From Leucoraja ocellata (taxonomy: Eukaryota), in contig JAWMAR010000008.1 of NCBI GenBank assembly GCA_036785375.1, positions 9,424,001-9,488,000 on the forward strand: a stretch of 64,000 bases of DNA, given 5' to 3'. Shown here in pieces: positions 24,226 to 37,708 of the stretch. Numbering within the stretch: position 1 is the first letter of the stretch; each line of letters starts with the position of its first letter. Made by a program: the position numbers and the translations under genes. The notes beneath the pieces were generated by a model. That model worked only from the letters and a program-made list of their open reading frames with translations, did no database searches and was not told the origin of the DNA.

Positions 24226-24322
24226 CTGATGAAGGGCTTCGACCCAAAACGTCACCTATTCCTTTTCTCCAGAGATGCCGTTTGACCTACTGAGTTACTC
24301 CAGCATCTGCAGTTCCTTCTTA
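24226..24322 (+). mobile_element. Penelope pLTR fragment
   Basis: CTGATGAAGGGCTTCGACCCAAAACGTCACCTATTCCTTTTCTCCAGAGATG...CAGCATCTGCAGTTCC. Confidence 0.75.
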
Positions 24323-25200
24323 TCCATTGCTTGGATGTTTAGCTGGTGAGTGCTAACAGGCAGTGAATCGTCTGGTAGCTATTTCCATTCTGCATTGGTT
24401 CTTTATGGTGCTTATATCAGCAAGTCAAAAAACAGTTGTTGAGCAACATGGTTTTACATTCTAACGTGACCAGATTGGAACACATGCCCAAACATCATCA
24501 AGCACGGTTCCAACATCCACCAGCAGAACTTTAGCTTCCTGCCACATACAGGGTCGTTCTCAGTGAGAATAAAGATGTGTGGAGATATGCACATGCTGTC
24601 CAAAGTTGCCATTATGAAGAAACTGATTTTCTAATTAACTATCAGGCAAGAAACTGAGGGGGGGATGAGGGGAATGAGAAATAATAGTAAATAGAGGAAT
24701 AACAGGAGGAACAGCTACAACATTGAACACTAGCTCAGCTTTAAACAAATTATTCCTGAGAGACAGCAGTCACCTCAACTAAACCTCCACCACAACCTCG
24801 CCATTCACTTCGCTCTCACTTGTCAACCATCTTGTTTCTTGTTTCTAATTTCATCTATTCATTCATTGCATTGTGCATGCAAATTTAATCTTATCACCTT
24901 ACTGCCTACTCTTATTGCTTGTCTTCCATATACCGTTGATGAACCCAGTATTCTACATATTGTGTCCCTACTAGGTAGTGCTTGGTGGTAAAAGGCACAA
25001 AATAAAGAGTTTTCAGATGGCCTTGAAGAATAATCTCAACTTTAAATGACTAATTTAATGCCAAGGGCTGCAAATGTTGGAGCTAGTGGCTGACAGAAAC
25101 AGACGGAATGCTAGTACTATGGTGGAGCTGTGATTAGGAATGTTCCCATTCCATTCCCAGAAAGAATCACAAGTTTGTGTTCCTTATATCATCTGTCATT

Positions 25201-25615
25201 CATAGAAACATAGAAAATAGGTGCAGGAGTAGGAGTAGGCCATTCGGCCGTTCGAGCCTGCGCTGCCATTCAATATGATCACGGCTGATCATCCAACTCG
25301 GTATCCTGTACCTGCCTTCTCTCCATACCCCCTGATCCCTTTAGCCACAAGGGCCACATCTAACTCCCCCTTAAATATAGCCAATGAACTGGCCTCAACT
25401 GCCTTTTGTGGCAGAGAATTCCAAAGATTCACCACTCTCTGTGTGAAAAATGTTTTCCTCATCTCGGTCCTAAAAGATTTCCCCCTTATCCTTAAACTAT
25501 GACCCCTTGTTCTGGACTTCCCCAACATCGGGAACAATCTTCCTGCATCTAGCCTGTTCAACCCCTTAAGAATTTTGTAAGTTTCTATAAGATCCCCCCT
25601 CAATCTTCTAAATTC
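25201..25615 (-). mobile_element. CR1 LINE 3' end (young subfamily, (TTTCTATG)n tail)
   Basis: Open peptide RGDLIETYKILKGLNRLDAGRLFP...TRGHSLRI...FFTQRVVNLWNSLP; tail catagaaacatagaaa. Confidence 0.9.
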
Positions 25616-26189
25616 CTGAAGAGCAGTGCCTTGGCATCCATTCTATCTTGTCAGAGACTGATTCAAAACAATACACATAACATGCAGCATAGGAACATAT
25701 GTTGTTGTTGAAATCTGAGACTATAGGTCTTGAAAAAAAAAAGCTGGCGAAACTTAGCAAGTCAGAGCATATGTAGAGGGAATGGACAGATTTGTGTCAG
25801 GACCCCTCATCAGACCGATGTGGTTGAACTAGTTTATAGATATATTTATGAACCTATGATAGTTCTTCCAATGTAAGTCTACCTTCATAACCACCTGGTA
25901 TGAGAACATGAGTGAAAATTATCAAACCATAAAATATAAACACTAACTTCCTGTCTTCAGTATTCTGCCAGCATTATGTTATAATAGGGAAAACCAGGTT
26001 AACGTCACAAATGCTAGCTATTGTTTGCCAACTTCACGAACAAATACAAAATATTTTCTGAAATTTTTAGAAAGTTATTTGCCCTGTGTTTAAGCTTTCC
26101 AAGTGTCTGATTATTAAGATCACATTTGTGACAAAGGATTTCCAAGGGGCAAAATTCTGCTTGTCTAATCAGAACATTATTAGGCAGGA

Positions 26190-28926
26190 GCCAGGGAGAA
26201 TAAATTGGAAGCAGCTGATATTGGATAAATTCACGTCTGAATGAGGGAGTTGTTTAAAGATGACTGATCAGAGTTCAGGATGGGCATGTTCCAGTCAGGA
26301 TGAAGGACGATGATGGCAAGGTAATAGAACTTTGGATGACGAGATCGGCTGTAAATTTGGTCAACAAGAAAAATAAAGCATATTAAAGGGTTAGGAAGAT
26401 AAGCCTTTGTGGAATGTAAAGCAAGCAGGAAAGAACTCAAGCAAGCAATTCGAAGGGACAAAAGGGGCCATGAAATGTTATTGGCAAGTCGGATTATAGA
26501 AAAGCCCATAGCACTTTCTACATGCATTAAAATCAAGAGGGTAATTAGGAAGGGAGTAGAGCCACTCAAGGATAAAGGGAATTTATGTTTGGAGTCGGAG
26601 GATGTAGCCTGTAAACAAGTACAATGCTTCTCTATTCACCAAGGAGAAGAATATAAAGGATCGTGAGGTTAGTGTGGTGTATATTAATATGTCAGGATGT
26701 ACTGAGATCAAAAGGAGGTGGTGTTCAGTCTCTTGAGCAGGAAGGTGAATGAATCTTCCGGGCCTGATGGTTATTCAGAGAGAAGAGAGGAGATGGTTGA
26801 GGCCTTGAAAAAGATCTTTGCATCATCTCCAGCCACAGGTGGGATGTTGGAGGACTAGAGAGGGGACAATATTGCTTCTTTACAGGAAATAGGGACTGAC
26901 GAGCCTTGCAACAATGGTAGGGAAACGATTGGAGAAGATTTTTAGCTTTAGGAATTACTTCAATTTGAAAGAGAATGGACTAATCAGAGACATCAGCATG
27001 GCTTTTCTGTGGCAGTTCATGTCCGGTAAAATTGATTCCGTTTTTTCCAGGTGACAAAGATGATTGATAAAGGTAGGGCAGTGGATATTGTCTGAACATG
27101 GTCTTTAGAAAGGTATTTGACAAGGTCCCTCATTATAGACTGATCCAGAAAATTAAGATGCATGGAATCCATGGTAACTTGATAGTTTGGATTCAGAGTT
27201 AATGTATCCACAGAAGCCAGAGTGTAGTGGAAAGGTGATATTCTGGCCCGAGGTCAGTGCCCTGTTGTGTTCAGCAGTGATCAGGGCTGGGAACTCTGGT
27301 GTTTGGGATATATAAATGATTTGGATGAAAATGCAAATGAGTTGGTTAGTAAGTTTGCACACAGCATAAGAATTGGTGATGTTTCAAACAGTAAAGAAGG
27401 CTGTCAAAGAATACAGAAATTGTATAAATAAATTACAGATATGGTTGAAGTAATGGTAGGTGGACATGAAAATGGGCAAGTGTGCGGTATGTTAATTTGA
27501 GAGATTCAATGTAAGGGGAAAATATACAGTCTATAGCTCCCGAAAATCAACAACACAAGCAGATTGAGTGTAAGGAAGGTATATAGTATACTTGCCTTCA
27601 TCGGTCAGGGCATAAAGCATAACATCTGGAAGACATGTTGCAACCTTATAAGACTTTGGTAAAGCCACATTTGGAATATTGTGTGTAGGTTTGGTTATCC
27701 TATTACAGGAATGATTTGGAGGCCTTGGAGAGGATGAAGAAGAGGTTTTTCAAAATGCTGCCCGAATTAGTGGGTAATAGCTATAAGGAGAGGTGGGACA
27801 AACTTGGATTAGAACAGCACAGGAATGGGAACTTCTACCCATTACATCCGTGCCGAACATGTTGCCAAGTTAAACTAATCTTTTCTGCCTGCATGTGATC
27901 CAAATCCCACCAATTCCCTGTGTTCCCACCTATCAAAAAAACACTTAAATACCACTACCGCTGCCTCCACCACCACCCTTGGCAGCATGTTCCAGATAGC
28001 CATCATTCACTGTGTAAAAAATCTTGCCCCGCATATCTCCTTTAAAATTTGCCCCTCTCATCTTAAACCTGTGTCCTCTGTGTCTGCCATTTCCACCCTG
28101 GGGGAAAGGTTCCAACTGTCTACCCGAACCATGCCGCTCATAATTTTACATACTTTTGCCAGGTTTTCCCTCAGCCTCCGATGATCAAGATAAAACAATC
28201 CGACCCCTCCTTATATCTAATATCCTCTACTCCAGGCAGCATCCTGGTAAACTTCCTTTTGCCCTCCACTAAGTTTCCTCATCCTGCCTGCAATGAGGAG
28301 ACCAGAACTATACCACAATACTCAAAATGCACCCAATCAAAGTCCAATAAAGCAGCAAAATAACTTCCTAACTCTTATACTCAATGCCCTGAATTATGAA
28401 GGCAAGCAAAACATATGCCTTTATTACCACTATCTGTGTTGACATTTTCAGTGAGATAAAAACTTGAACCACCAGACCCTCCTGTACATCAGTACTGTTA
28501 AGGGTCTTGTCATTAACAGTATACTTTCCCCTTGTTTTCTGTGGAGAAGCAGAGGCTGAGAGGAGACGATAGAAGTATTTAACATTTCTGAGAGGCACAG
28601 ATAGGAAAGCTAATCTGGATCTAGAAACAAGGGAGGCTAGGGAGCATAGCTTTAAGGTGAAAAAGGAAAGTTTAAAGGAGATGTGCGGGGCAATATTTTG
28701 TTTTTACACAGAGGGTGATCGGAACCCGGAACCTGCTGCCAGGGTGGTGTTTGAAGCAGATACGATAGTCGCGTTTAAGAAGCTTTAGATAGGCACATGA
28801 ATATGTAGAAAATAGAAGGATATAGATCATGTGTCGGCAGAAGGGATTAGTTTAATTTGGCATCATGCTCGGCTCAGACATCTGTGTCCGAAGGACCCGT
28901 CCTGTGCCATACTCTCTCTGTTCTAT
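26190..28926 (+). mobile_element. Decayed CR1 LINE ORF2 to 3' end, interrupted by an inverted CR1 copy
   Basis: Degenerate CR1 RT motifs (cagcatggc, gtaagtttgcac, catttggaatattgtgtg); the host reads through ggacaaacttggatt|gttttctgtggag across the insertion. Confidence 0.75.
27811..28532 (-). mobile_element. Nested antisense CR1 LINE 3' fragment
   Basis: Minus peptide GKYTVNDKTLNSTDVQEGLVVQV...KAYVLLAFIIQGIEYKS followed by a CR1 3' UTR. Confidence 0.75.
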
Positions 28927-31529
28927 ATTAACCTCATGAATTCACATGAGAGAAATAAACTTTAGAAAACTCTATCTGACAGCAGTGTTAACGCCTGAAC
29001 ATTTGTGACAACATTTCAAAATGTTTCCCTATTTTTTGGCCACTAAAAACATAAGAGAATGTGTTTATCCTGACACATTTTCAACTGGCAAAAGAATTAC
29101 CCATGTACAGCATCTTTGTGTTTTTAAAAAAATATCAGTGTAAATATTAACGTTTCAGACCAATTCACAGTAACATAACGTCTTTGTCAGAAATAAGGAG
29201 AAATCTTTTTTCCACAGAACATTTAGGTTTCAGAACTCACTACCGCAGGTTATTAGTGCGGTGAATGACATTGTGTTTCTGACTGGAGACTGGGGAAATA
29301 TGTATGAGATAATAAAATAGAAAGTTATACTGATAATTATGAAATGAGCAGGGGTGGGGTGAAAGGATAATATGAAGTGTAAACGCATTTAGACGTTAGC
29401 TGTGTCAATACTATAGAAGACACCATATGTGTTCAAGAAATAGCTTCTAAGATGGCGAGGAAGAATCATTTCAATCATATTCACTGAATTATTACCAAGA
29501 AGTGAAATCAGCTTAATGTGGAAGGTCATTTATCAAGACTGGCATTCTCTTCTCATAAATTAACTGGAGCTCTGACTGCTGTGGAGAGGTACTGACAAAT
29601 GGTGCAATTTGAGAAAAAATAGGGAAAGACTGTAGAATTCTATTGAGTTATCCAGAGTAGACTAACTGTCATTTCTTAAACGTTAACAAACAAGCATTTG
29701 GCTAAGAACGGCTGCATCTTGCAGTCAAGCTCACACAAATCCCTGAGCCCGGGAATAAGCAAGTTGTATTTGCATTTGATCATTCACCAATTCTTTATGG
29801 GTCATGGAGTGATATATGCAGCAAATCTGAATATTAGTTCTGGTGCTCAACCTTATTTGTGGCACTGACTCAAAGTAATTACATTTGAAGATACTGTCTT
29901 CTTTATGAGGCTGGCATAGAAACGCAGCCCATCAATAACATTAATTGCAGCTGAGCTATACTTCTCATTATCCTGGGTAAAAACATCAATATTTCAAAAG
30001 AAACGCAATCAAAACATTGGTAAGCAGTGGTCACTACTTCAAATGTTCCCTTTCACTTTGCACCTTGCGACACAAAAATAACACGAAGCAATGCTTCCCT
30101 CAAACAGTGAACCCAGGACTTTTCCGATCTATCTACAAAAAACTGTCAAAAAATATTCAGCAAATTCTCCAATGCACCGCTTTTATGACAGATGTCCTAC
30201 CTCCTGAGGTTTTATTTAGCCTGAAGAAAATCAAAATGGCAGCATGCCATCACAAACCACAGGAAATATGGCAGCAGTGAAATGTTTTAAGACTGCCCCA
30301 CATATTTTCAACATCTGTGCCAAAATTGATTTTATGTTTGGTTTGTTAAAATAAGCAAAGGGCGCAACATCGCAAGTGGGCTTAAATAAAATAGCTGTGA
30401 TGTTAATGGTCGTTTTGGTTAATTCTTGCACTGCTAATTTTAATTAACAAGCAAAACACATGAAAAATAAGTTACTGTATCTGCCGGAAGGAATGCAACT
30501 ACAATTACTTGTATTGAACCCAGTGAATTAATTAATTAATAACATTTTCGAAAAGACTAACTATGGCTTTGACTTTGCCTTTAAAATTGAACTAGGTATA
30601 TCCTTACTATTATTATTTTATGATTATATAATTCTCTCTCCTACCTAGTAATGTCCTACAGATTCAACAGTGGCTGTTCAACCCAGCTTATGAATTTTAA
30701 AAAATCTCAGCAAATAAATTATATGAGCACAGACAATGCACTCTGGATCACCAATCCCAATGGGATTCTTTCAGCAAGCAATCAATAGAATAGAGACCTT
30801 TATATCTTTCAGCTTTGTTGCTGAGGATAAATTACGGCATTGTTCATAAAACAAGCAAGCGTCAGAACTTAAAGATGTTTCATCAAGAGGGTTTCAATGC
30901 AGCATGCTCATTGTGGGATTTTTGTACACCATGATTATTTTTTCCAAGCACTTTATCTTGCACTAATCATTAATGAAATTCACGTGCGTCCAACATCAAT
31001 TCTTTAATACCATGGAGATGAGTCACTCCCAGCTGCCACAGGCCCACAAGCTGTATTCCTGAATGAATAATTACTAGGCCCGTGAATAAAAGAATAGGGC
31101 AGAAGGATTTTTAAGGCAAATCAGTATTCAGGTTAAAGTTCTTTCCAACAGAAAGGATTTAGTTACTGAATGAGTTTAAATTTAATATCCACCAATCAAT
31201 CAGACAATGGAATAATCCAAATGAGATGGGCATGAAGTGCTCTGGCTGATGGAGATTAATTAGGAAAGAAATGGTACAGTTGTAAACCAGCATCTGATAT
31301 GTTTCCAAGTAAGCAAAAAGTGAAATGGTTTCACAAATGAAGTCTTCTTCTTTCGTTTGTGGCAGCAGAGGTTATGTAACGTCCTCCAGGTAGCCAGTTC
31401 AATGTGCTGTTGTTGAGGGCCATGAGGTCTACCTCTCCACCAGGACAGCGCAGTCAAAAATGACGTGCTGTGTTGTTTGCTGGTCTGCTCCACACACGCA
31501 GGCTGCAGACCTGTAGCCACCATCTTTCA

Positions 31530-31740
31530 TGGATAGACTATCTCCACCCTGTCCCTGTAGCTGAGACACTTCCTGAATCAAAATCTACCCCTATGACCTT
31601 TATTCCTAGACTCTCCCACTGGTGGAAACATCCTCTCTACATCCACTCTATCCAAGCCTTCCTACCTTCCTCTGGGAGTAGCCACCCACCCATGCATTGG
31701 GGTCCCTACCTCTGCTACCAGTTTTGGACAACTTCTTGAG
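31530..31740 (+). mobile_element. Decayed Penelope RT fragment
   Basis: Pyrimidine-rich segment (tctctacatccactctat...tagccacccacccatg...ggtccc) resembling Penelope RT coding sequence. Confidence 0.35.
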
Positions 31741-33214
31741 CTACAGCCTGCTTCTTCAATCAGACTGGCACCTAAACAGTGTCATTAGTAAGGTTGTCAT
31801 CATTACTGTTACATCTGTGACTATCAGTGAGTTCTGTTGAACATCCATTAAAGTTTGGCATAATTACCTTGACTCAGTTCAGTCAGTGCCTGTTGACCTG
31901 ATATCTCGGAAAAGTCCCTCAAATTTATATGCCAGGTACTCTTTCAGTCATAAGGTCATTTATGATAGATGAAGAACATACATCAAGCCTCACCATTGAC
32001 AAGGAAAGGGTTAACATTTTAATACCAAGAAGTTTTGCTTTAGATCTGAGAAATGTTAGAAAATAAGCCTGTTTGAACTGGCAGTGAAGGGAGTGGGGTG
32101 GAGGGAACAAAGGGAATTTTGTGACACCACTGAGATTGAATGGCATAATTAGACTTGAATAGGAGAGGGTGCTGAAGCCTTGTTAAAAGCCACAAACCAA
32201 TTTTGAGGTGGTATCAACATAGGAAATGGGAAAAAAAGTCCTGCTGGAACTGGGACATATTAAAATTACTAAAAAATTGGAAAATAAACATGGCCCAGTC
32301 GTACAGGCAGCACATGGGGGAAAGAGCAAAACTGAGCTACATCAGAACTGGCAAAGCAAAAAACTGCTGATGCTTTTGGTCAAATTATCTGCTGCTGGCT
32401 CAGAATGCTATGCATTCAAGAACTGTACAGACTTTAACACAATCCAGTGCAATTTTGCGGGAGTGTTGCATTGTCTGAGGTGCTGTATTTTACACCTGAC
32501 GCTAAACCAAAGTTCTATCTGTCTACATACTCTGTTGAATACATTAGAACCAATGGTACTATTTGAAAATAATTCAACCAGGCTCCCCAATGCCTGAGCA
32601 AATATCCCTTCCTCAACTGTCAATACCAAAACTGATTATCTTGTGTTTCATTAATTTTCAGTTTGCAAAGCTTAAAATTAATGAAATAACTATTTTGCAT
32701 AAAATAACTGCTACATTTTGCCTGACAACAACAAAAGCACGAATCAAAACTTATTTTCTTAATAAATCTCCATCAGGCACCGTGAGAATGTAATAAGGCC
32801 GTCCTTATGATTTGAACATCACTGCATGTTAGCTATTTCTAATTGAAAGCATATTTTCTTCACCTAAATCTTAGCTTTTGCAGTAAGGGGTAATTAATGA
32901 ATTCACTGGGTTCAATTTTTGGAGCATTACAAAGATTTTGGATTGTATACCAAAACCACTGGGGTTCACAGGCTGTGTACCAGATATGTTATAATGATAG
33001 TAACTATCAAATGTATACAAGTTTCCTATTACTAAGATTAAAATGTCCCCACTACAGAGCAGGAGATATTTTCATTCATTTGGCTGAGGAACAAATGAAC
33101 TGCAATGCGGAATGTTTAAGTTACTCCATGAATAATTAAAGGGAATACGTGTCATGATTTCAGAGATGATGATGATTGTTATTGCTCTAAGCGACTTGTG
33201 CCATTAATTAACTA

Positions 33215-33870
33215 TGCCTAGCTAGGGAGAAACAGATGCGGTACGCTGGTTTGGAAGAAGCGCAAGTGAGTTTCTGCTTCACCTGGAAGAACTGTTTGGG
33301 AGCCTAGATGGTAAAGGAGGGTGAGATGACAAGGCAGGCTTTGCATCACGTGCAGTTGTACGGGAAATGTCCTGAAAGTGATGGTGGAGATAGAAGAGTA
33401 CACCAAAAGGGAAGAGTCACTTTGAAAATGCTGAAAGAGGATGATGGTGCAATGTTTTAGCTGATGGAAATCGCAGACATTACAGATGATGATCTGTTGG
33501 ATGGGGAAGCTGGTGTGGAGGAAGACAAGGGCCTTATTTTAATTGCGTGAAGAATGGAAGAGAGCAGAAGCGTGGCATTTCGGCATTCGGACGAGACTGA
33601 TTCACTCCTCCATCTCCAACACTAACTCCACTTCCCTCGGCATCTTCTCCCATGGGACATGCAAACCCTGTCTATTTATCTCTTCCCTCCCTCCCATCCA
33701 GTTGAACCAGCAATTGACTTGCAAAGCTTACATGTGTTTTTCATGACATGGCTTGTTCTACAACCAAAAGCATGTTGAGTGACAGCTTTGAAGAGCCCAA
33801 CTGTCAATTTGCAAGGGGGATCGAGCTTTGAGGTGCTTGTCACTTTAATTCTCCTTCCCACTCCCACTAC
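33215..33870. mobile_element. Penelope GIY-YIG-proximal remnants in inverted arrangement
   Basis: Minus 33215-33480 translates to a GHFPYNC..CKAC...FQVKQKLTCASS-like sequence (Cys-rich linker before GIY-YIG); a related segment lies on plus 33590-33870. Confidence 0.5.
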
Positions 33871-33876
33871 AGACTC

Positions 33877-34206
33877 TTAGATTAGTTTAGAGATACAGCA
33901 TGGAACCAGGCCCTTCGGCCCACTGAGTCTGCAATGACCAACAATCCTTGCACGTTAATTCAAGTCTACGCACACTAGAGACAATTTACACTTGTATCAA
34001 GTTTACAAACTCAAGCCAATTAACCTAGAAACCTGTACATCTTTGGAGTGTGGGAGGAAACCGAAGATCTCGAAGAAGACCCATGTGGTCACGGGCAGAA
34101 CGTACAAACTCCGTACAGGCAGCACGCATAGTCGGGATCGAACCCGGGTCACCGGCGCTGTAAGTGCTGTAAGGCAGCAACTCTACCACTACACCGCCGT
34201 GCCACC
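33877..34206 (-). mobile_element. HE1-like SINE, near full length
   Basis: Head GGTGGCACGGTGGCGTAGTGGTAGAGTTGCTGCC...CCGGGTTCGATCCCG (Pol III A/B boxes); tail (CTAAA)n. Confidence 0.88.
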
Positions 34207-34822
34207 TTCTTTGTTCCAAAGTTGCACTATGTAAGTTTAAGGAACTGCCCCCCCTCCCCCATCTTCTATCTGGAGGCATTCCAGACCTCAGGAATCACGA
34301 ATGAAAATCTTAAATGAAAATGGAGGATGCTGGTAAAACTCAGCAGGTCAGGCAGCATCAATGGAAGAAGAAACTGCCAATGTCTCAAGTCTGAGACCAC
34401 TGATCAGACCTGAGAAAGAGTGAAACAAATTAACGTGGATGGCAGAGGAGGTGAGGAAGGGTGATGGTTGGAACAATAGGCATTACACCTCTTACGGGAT
34501 GAAAAATAAGGCCATCATAGACCAATTAAGCTCCTTAACTGAATTTAAGAATTTCAGGGAATCAGTCCTTTTTGGGATGAACACTTTGTTAATACTGGCC
34601 AAATTAAAGACACCACAAAATGGAGGATCCCTGCACTTGTCACAATTGCTTAACACCTGTCAGCTGAAATATACAGGCTTTGGATTGGCCTGGGCCCAGA
34701 CTGGCATGCAGGATGGTGACGGATCCAGGTGTTCTCAAGTTTTTCCTAAATTGATAAAATATATAGGAGTTTTGCAAACAGACCCTAAATGCATCATTTT
34801 GATTGGATCGTGGCAAGGGCAT

Positions 34823-35312
34823 TGTAAATAATATAAATAATGTTGCGAGATGGTCATCCTGTTAATTGATGATTGGTCAAACTGTTGAGCCTTGGAGAAA
34901 CTGTTTGAATCCCAACGCACATGTTTCAATGTTTATTCATGTTTGCTTCCTTCTAGAAGTTTCTTTCAAACACAATGTATTCAAGATTGTATTATTGGGT
35001 TACGGAACTGTCAATTATATACTGTTATTATTAATATGTGTAATTGGTTTATAAAGAGGCCACCCCCATGTGGTTCGGGGACCTATAAAAGGTAGCTCCC
35101 ACGAGGTCTGATGTTGATCTTCTGGAAGAATGCTTGGGACTGCGTGACCTTTTGGAGTGTCTCTGCTTGAACGAGGCTAGAAGGGCTTGGCCAGGCAGAG
35201 ACAAGGATCAAACCTAGCGGTGGTTAGGTGTAGTAGAGGGGAACTGTTGTGTTTTCCAAAATAAAGTTTAGTTGCTCAAGTGCTTGACTCAGTATTTTTA
35301 AAAACTTTTCCA
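34823..35312 (+). mobile_element. Putative solo LTR
   Basis: Starts TGT and ends CA; TATAAAA at 35084-35090; AATAAA at 35260-35265; ~490 bp. No clear TSD. Confidence 0.45.
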
Positions 35313-35682
35313 GTTCTGATTAAGGGTCAACCACCCTAGACTTCACTACCACTGACTCTCTGAGGGTTTCTGGCATTTTATGTTCAGGCATTAAATACTA
35401 TGGTGGCCATAGAGGAGAGCAGAGCAGCAGAGGGAAGGAATGTGTCCTATGGTTGTCACTACAAGACCTTAGAAAATGTGGTCAATGAAACCCATGCCTG
35501 GAAGCAGCTAATGTGTGTCATGTCTTGCAGATGCTGCCGGCAGCAAGGACAGGATTGTTTCAACTCTGTTTCAATCCAGTTTTTTTTCCACACCTACCAT
35601 TCCACAACCCCTCAATTTCTCCATCACCCAAACAGGAATCCCACTGGGTCCACTGGGTCCAATGAATGTGATATGATATGAA

Positions 35683-36198
35683 TTTGATATGAATGATGAC
35701 AATTAGCTGGGATACATGTTGCAATTCACCACTGTTCCCAGCTCCCTTATGTGGTCCCATTCTTGACCTTCCTTTCCTGCATAATTCAATCATAATTCAA
35801 TTGCTGTCTCCATTGTGCCCCTCCTCACATGTAAGTCCCACCACATCCCTCACCCCACCTTCTAATACTGGTGGCTTCTTCACTACTCTTTCTGACAAGA
35901 TGAAGAATTCCACTGGAAACATTGACTGCCCATTCCCCTCCATAGATGCTGGCTGTCCTACTGTGTTATTCCAGCAATAGTTTGCTTGCTCCAGATTCCA
36001 CCATCTGGTGGTCTCTTGTGTCTCCAACTGATAGTCATGAGGGGAAAACACTGAGGTCAAATTCTGTAAAGATGTTTAATTAAACGTTATCATCTTTGTT
36101 TCAGCGATAAAAGACGTGTTTATACCTGCCCGGTTCAGGCTAGAATTGCTTTGATATGAATGATGACAATTAGCTGGGATACATGTTGCAATTCACCA
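35683..36198 (+). repeat. Perfect 49-bp direct repeat pair (35683-35731 and 36150-36198)
   Basis: tttgatatgaatgatgacaattagctgggatacatgttgcaattcacca occurs twice. Confidence 0.9.
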
Positions 36199-37579
36199 GT
36201 GGGACATGTTTTACAAATATTCAGATGACTCATTCAGGACAAAACAAGGATAATTTGGAGACATTACACCAGATGACTCAACTCTTGTACAATCTTCAAT
36301 TTTCAAAATTGCTGCCAATGAAAAATTGCTTTTGTCTTTCTAAGATGAAATGTAAAAAAAATGGCTTGAGTCACCATCACATTCGTTATGTAATCGACTC
36401 TAGGTAAAGTGCTTTTGTGATGAAAGATTATGATCTCGCTGCCTCACAGAAGGCTGAGTTTTATTTGTTTTGATAATTTGTGATAAGGACTCAATCCAAA
36501 TTACGGAAGCATCGACGGTGCAGCAATGTGATCTGGTGGAAAGATCAAAGCACAGTGACTGGGTATTTTTGGTACAGGTATGACAACATAATTTCATATT
36601 GCACATTATTAGTGTTACATATTTAGCAATTAAAGATAAATGACTGAATGCTACCATCCTCAAAGCATTGGTAGGGCTCTGCATTGAGCCCTTGTCTGAG
36701 AGACTATGCAAAGTATAAGGATTTATTGGCATTACTGATGTTTCGTTTTGTATGTGCCCTGGTGGAGCATTGCAGTTGCGAGTCCTGTTTGGTGCTAAAT
36801 GCGATAATCTGAATGTAATCGTCCAGAGGGAATCAGTTTCCCTGGGATTGTTACTCAGCCTAGAGGATTGTTACAGTTGCCAAGACTGGAGTTGAATATA
36901 GATCAATAGGTGCCCATTAAATGGTTAGCTGACATCATTGGGTGCAATTACTTTAGGGGGATTTTGTGATTTTCCCTAATGGGAAGTCCTATAATGAGTA
37001 TACAGTCATACTCTTGCAAGGGTGGTTTCACAGCTGATTGAGTAGGCATACTGATATAAGTGGTAGTACCTTATCCTCTTGAGACTAAGTGCTTGCAGAG
37101 ATTGAAGTGTGCATTATTTATAGGCATTGTGCATTTATTATAATGCACCCTTGATAAATTTGTACAGCACGTTCTTCATTCAAACATTTAACCACCCACT
37201 CTCCTTGTAGCATTTAGATCCTATGTGGAAGATTACAGAGCATATTTGAGAGGGTTTGTGGATACAAGTTAACTAACTGCGTGAGTGGAATATTGGTGAT
37301 GGTCATATGAACTGTTTTATAACCATCACAGCCTCTGAGCTCACAGCAAGATTGCACCATATTATCTTCATCAATTTGTGAGGAATATATCCCCCCCCCA
37401 CACACACACACACACACTTTTGACATTAGTCATCTATACATTGGCATATACATAACAGAATGGGCAGTGAGTAATGGTTGGCTGATGTGTGTAGGTATTC
37501 ACTGTGATTATGGGTTATGGGTGTTTCTGTGTAATGCCTCTAGTAACTTATTTTGACTGGAAGCTTCAGGAAAGGTGTT

Positions 37580-37708
37580 CTGAAGAAGGGTTTCGGCCCG
37601 AAACGTTGCCTATTTCCTTCGCTCCATAGATGCTGCTGCACCCGCTGAGTTTCTCCAGCTTTTTTGTGTAACCTTCGATTCTCCAGCATCTGCAGTTCCC
37701 TCTTAAAC
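37580..37708 (+). mobile_element. Solo Penelope pLTR insertion with 14-bp TSD
   Basis: TSD tcaggaaaggtgtt at 37566-37579 and 37709-37722; the insert begins CTGAAGAAGGGTTTCGGCCCGAAACGTT. Confidence 0.85.

Noticed and set aside
34100-34206. tRNA-like sequences with A/B boxes (also 23860-23954 and 60730-60815)
   Set aside because: They are SINE heads joined to V-domain and LINE tails, not tRNA genes.
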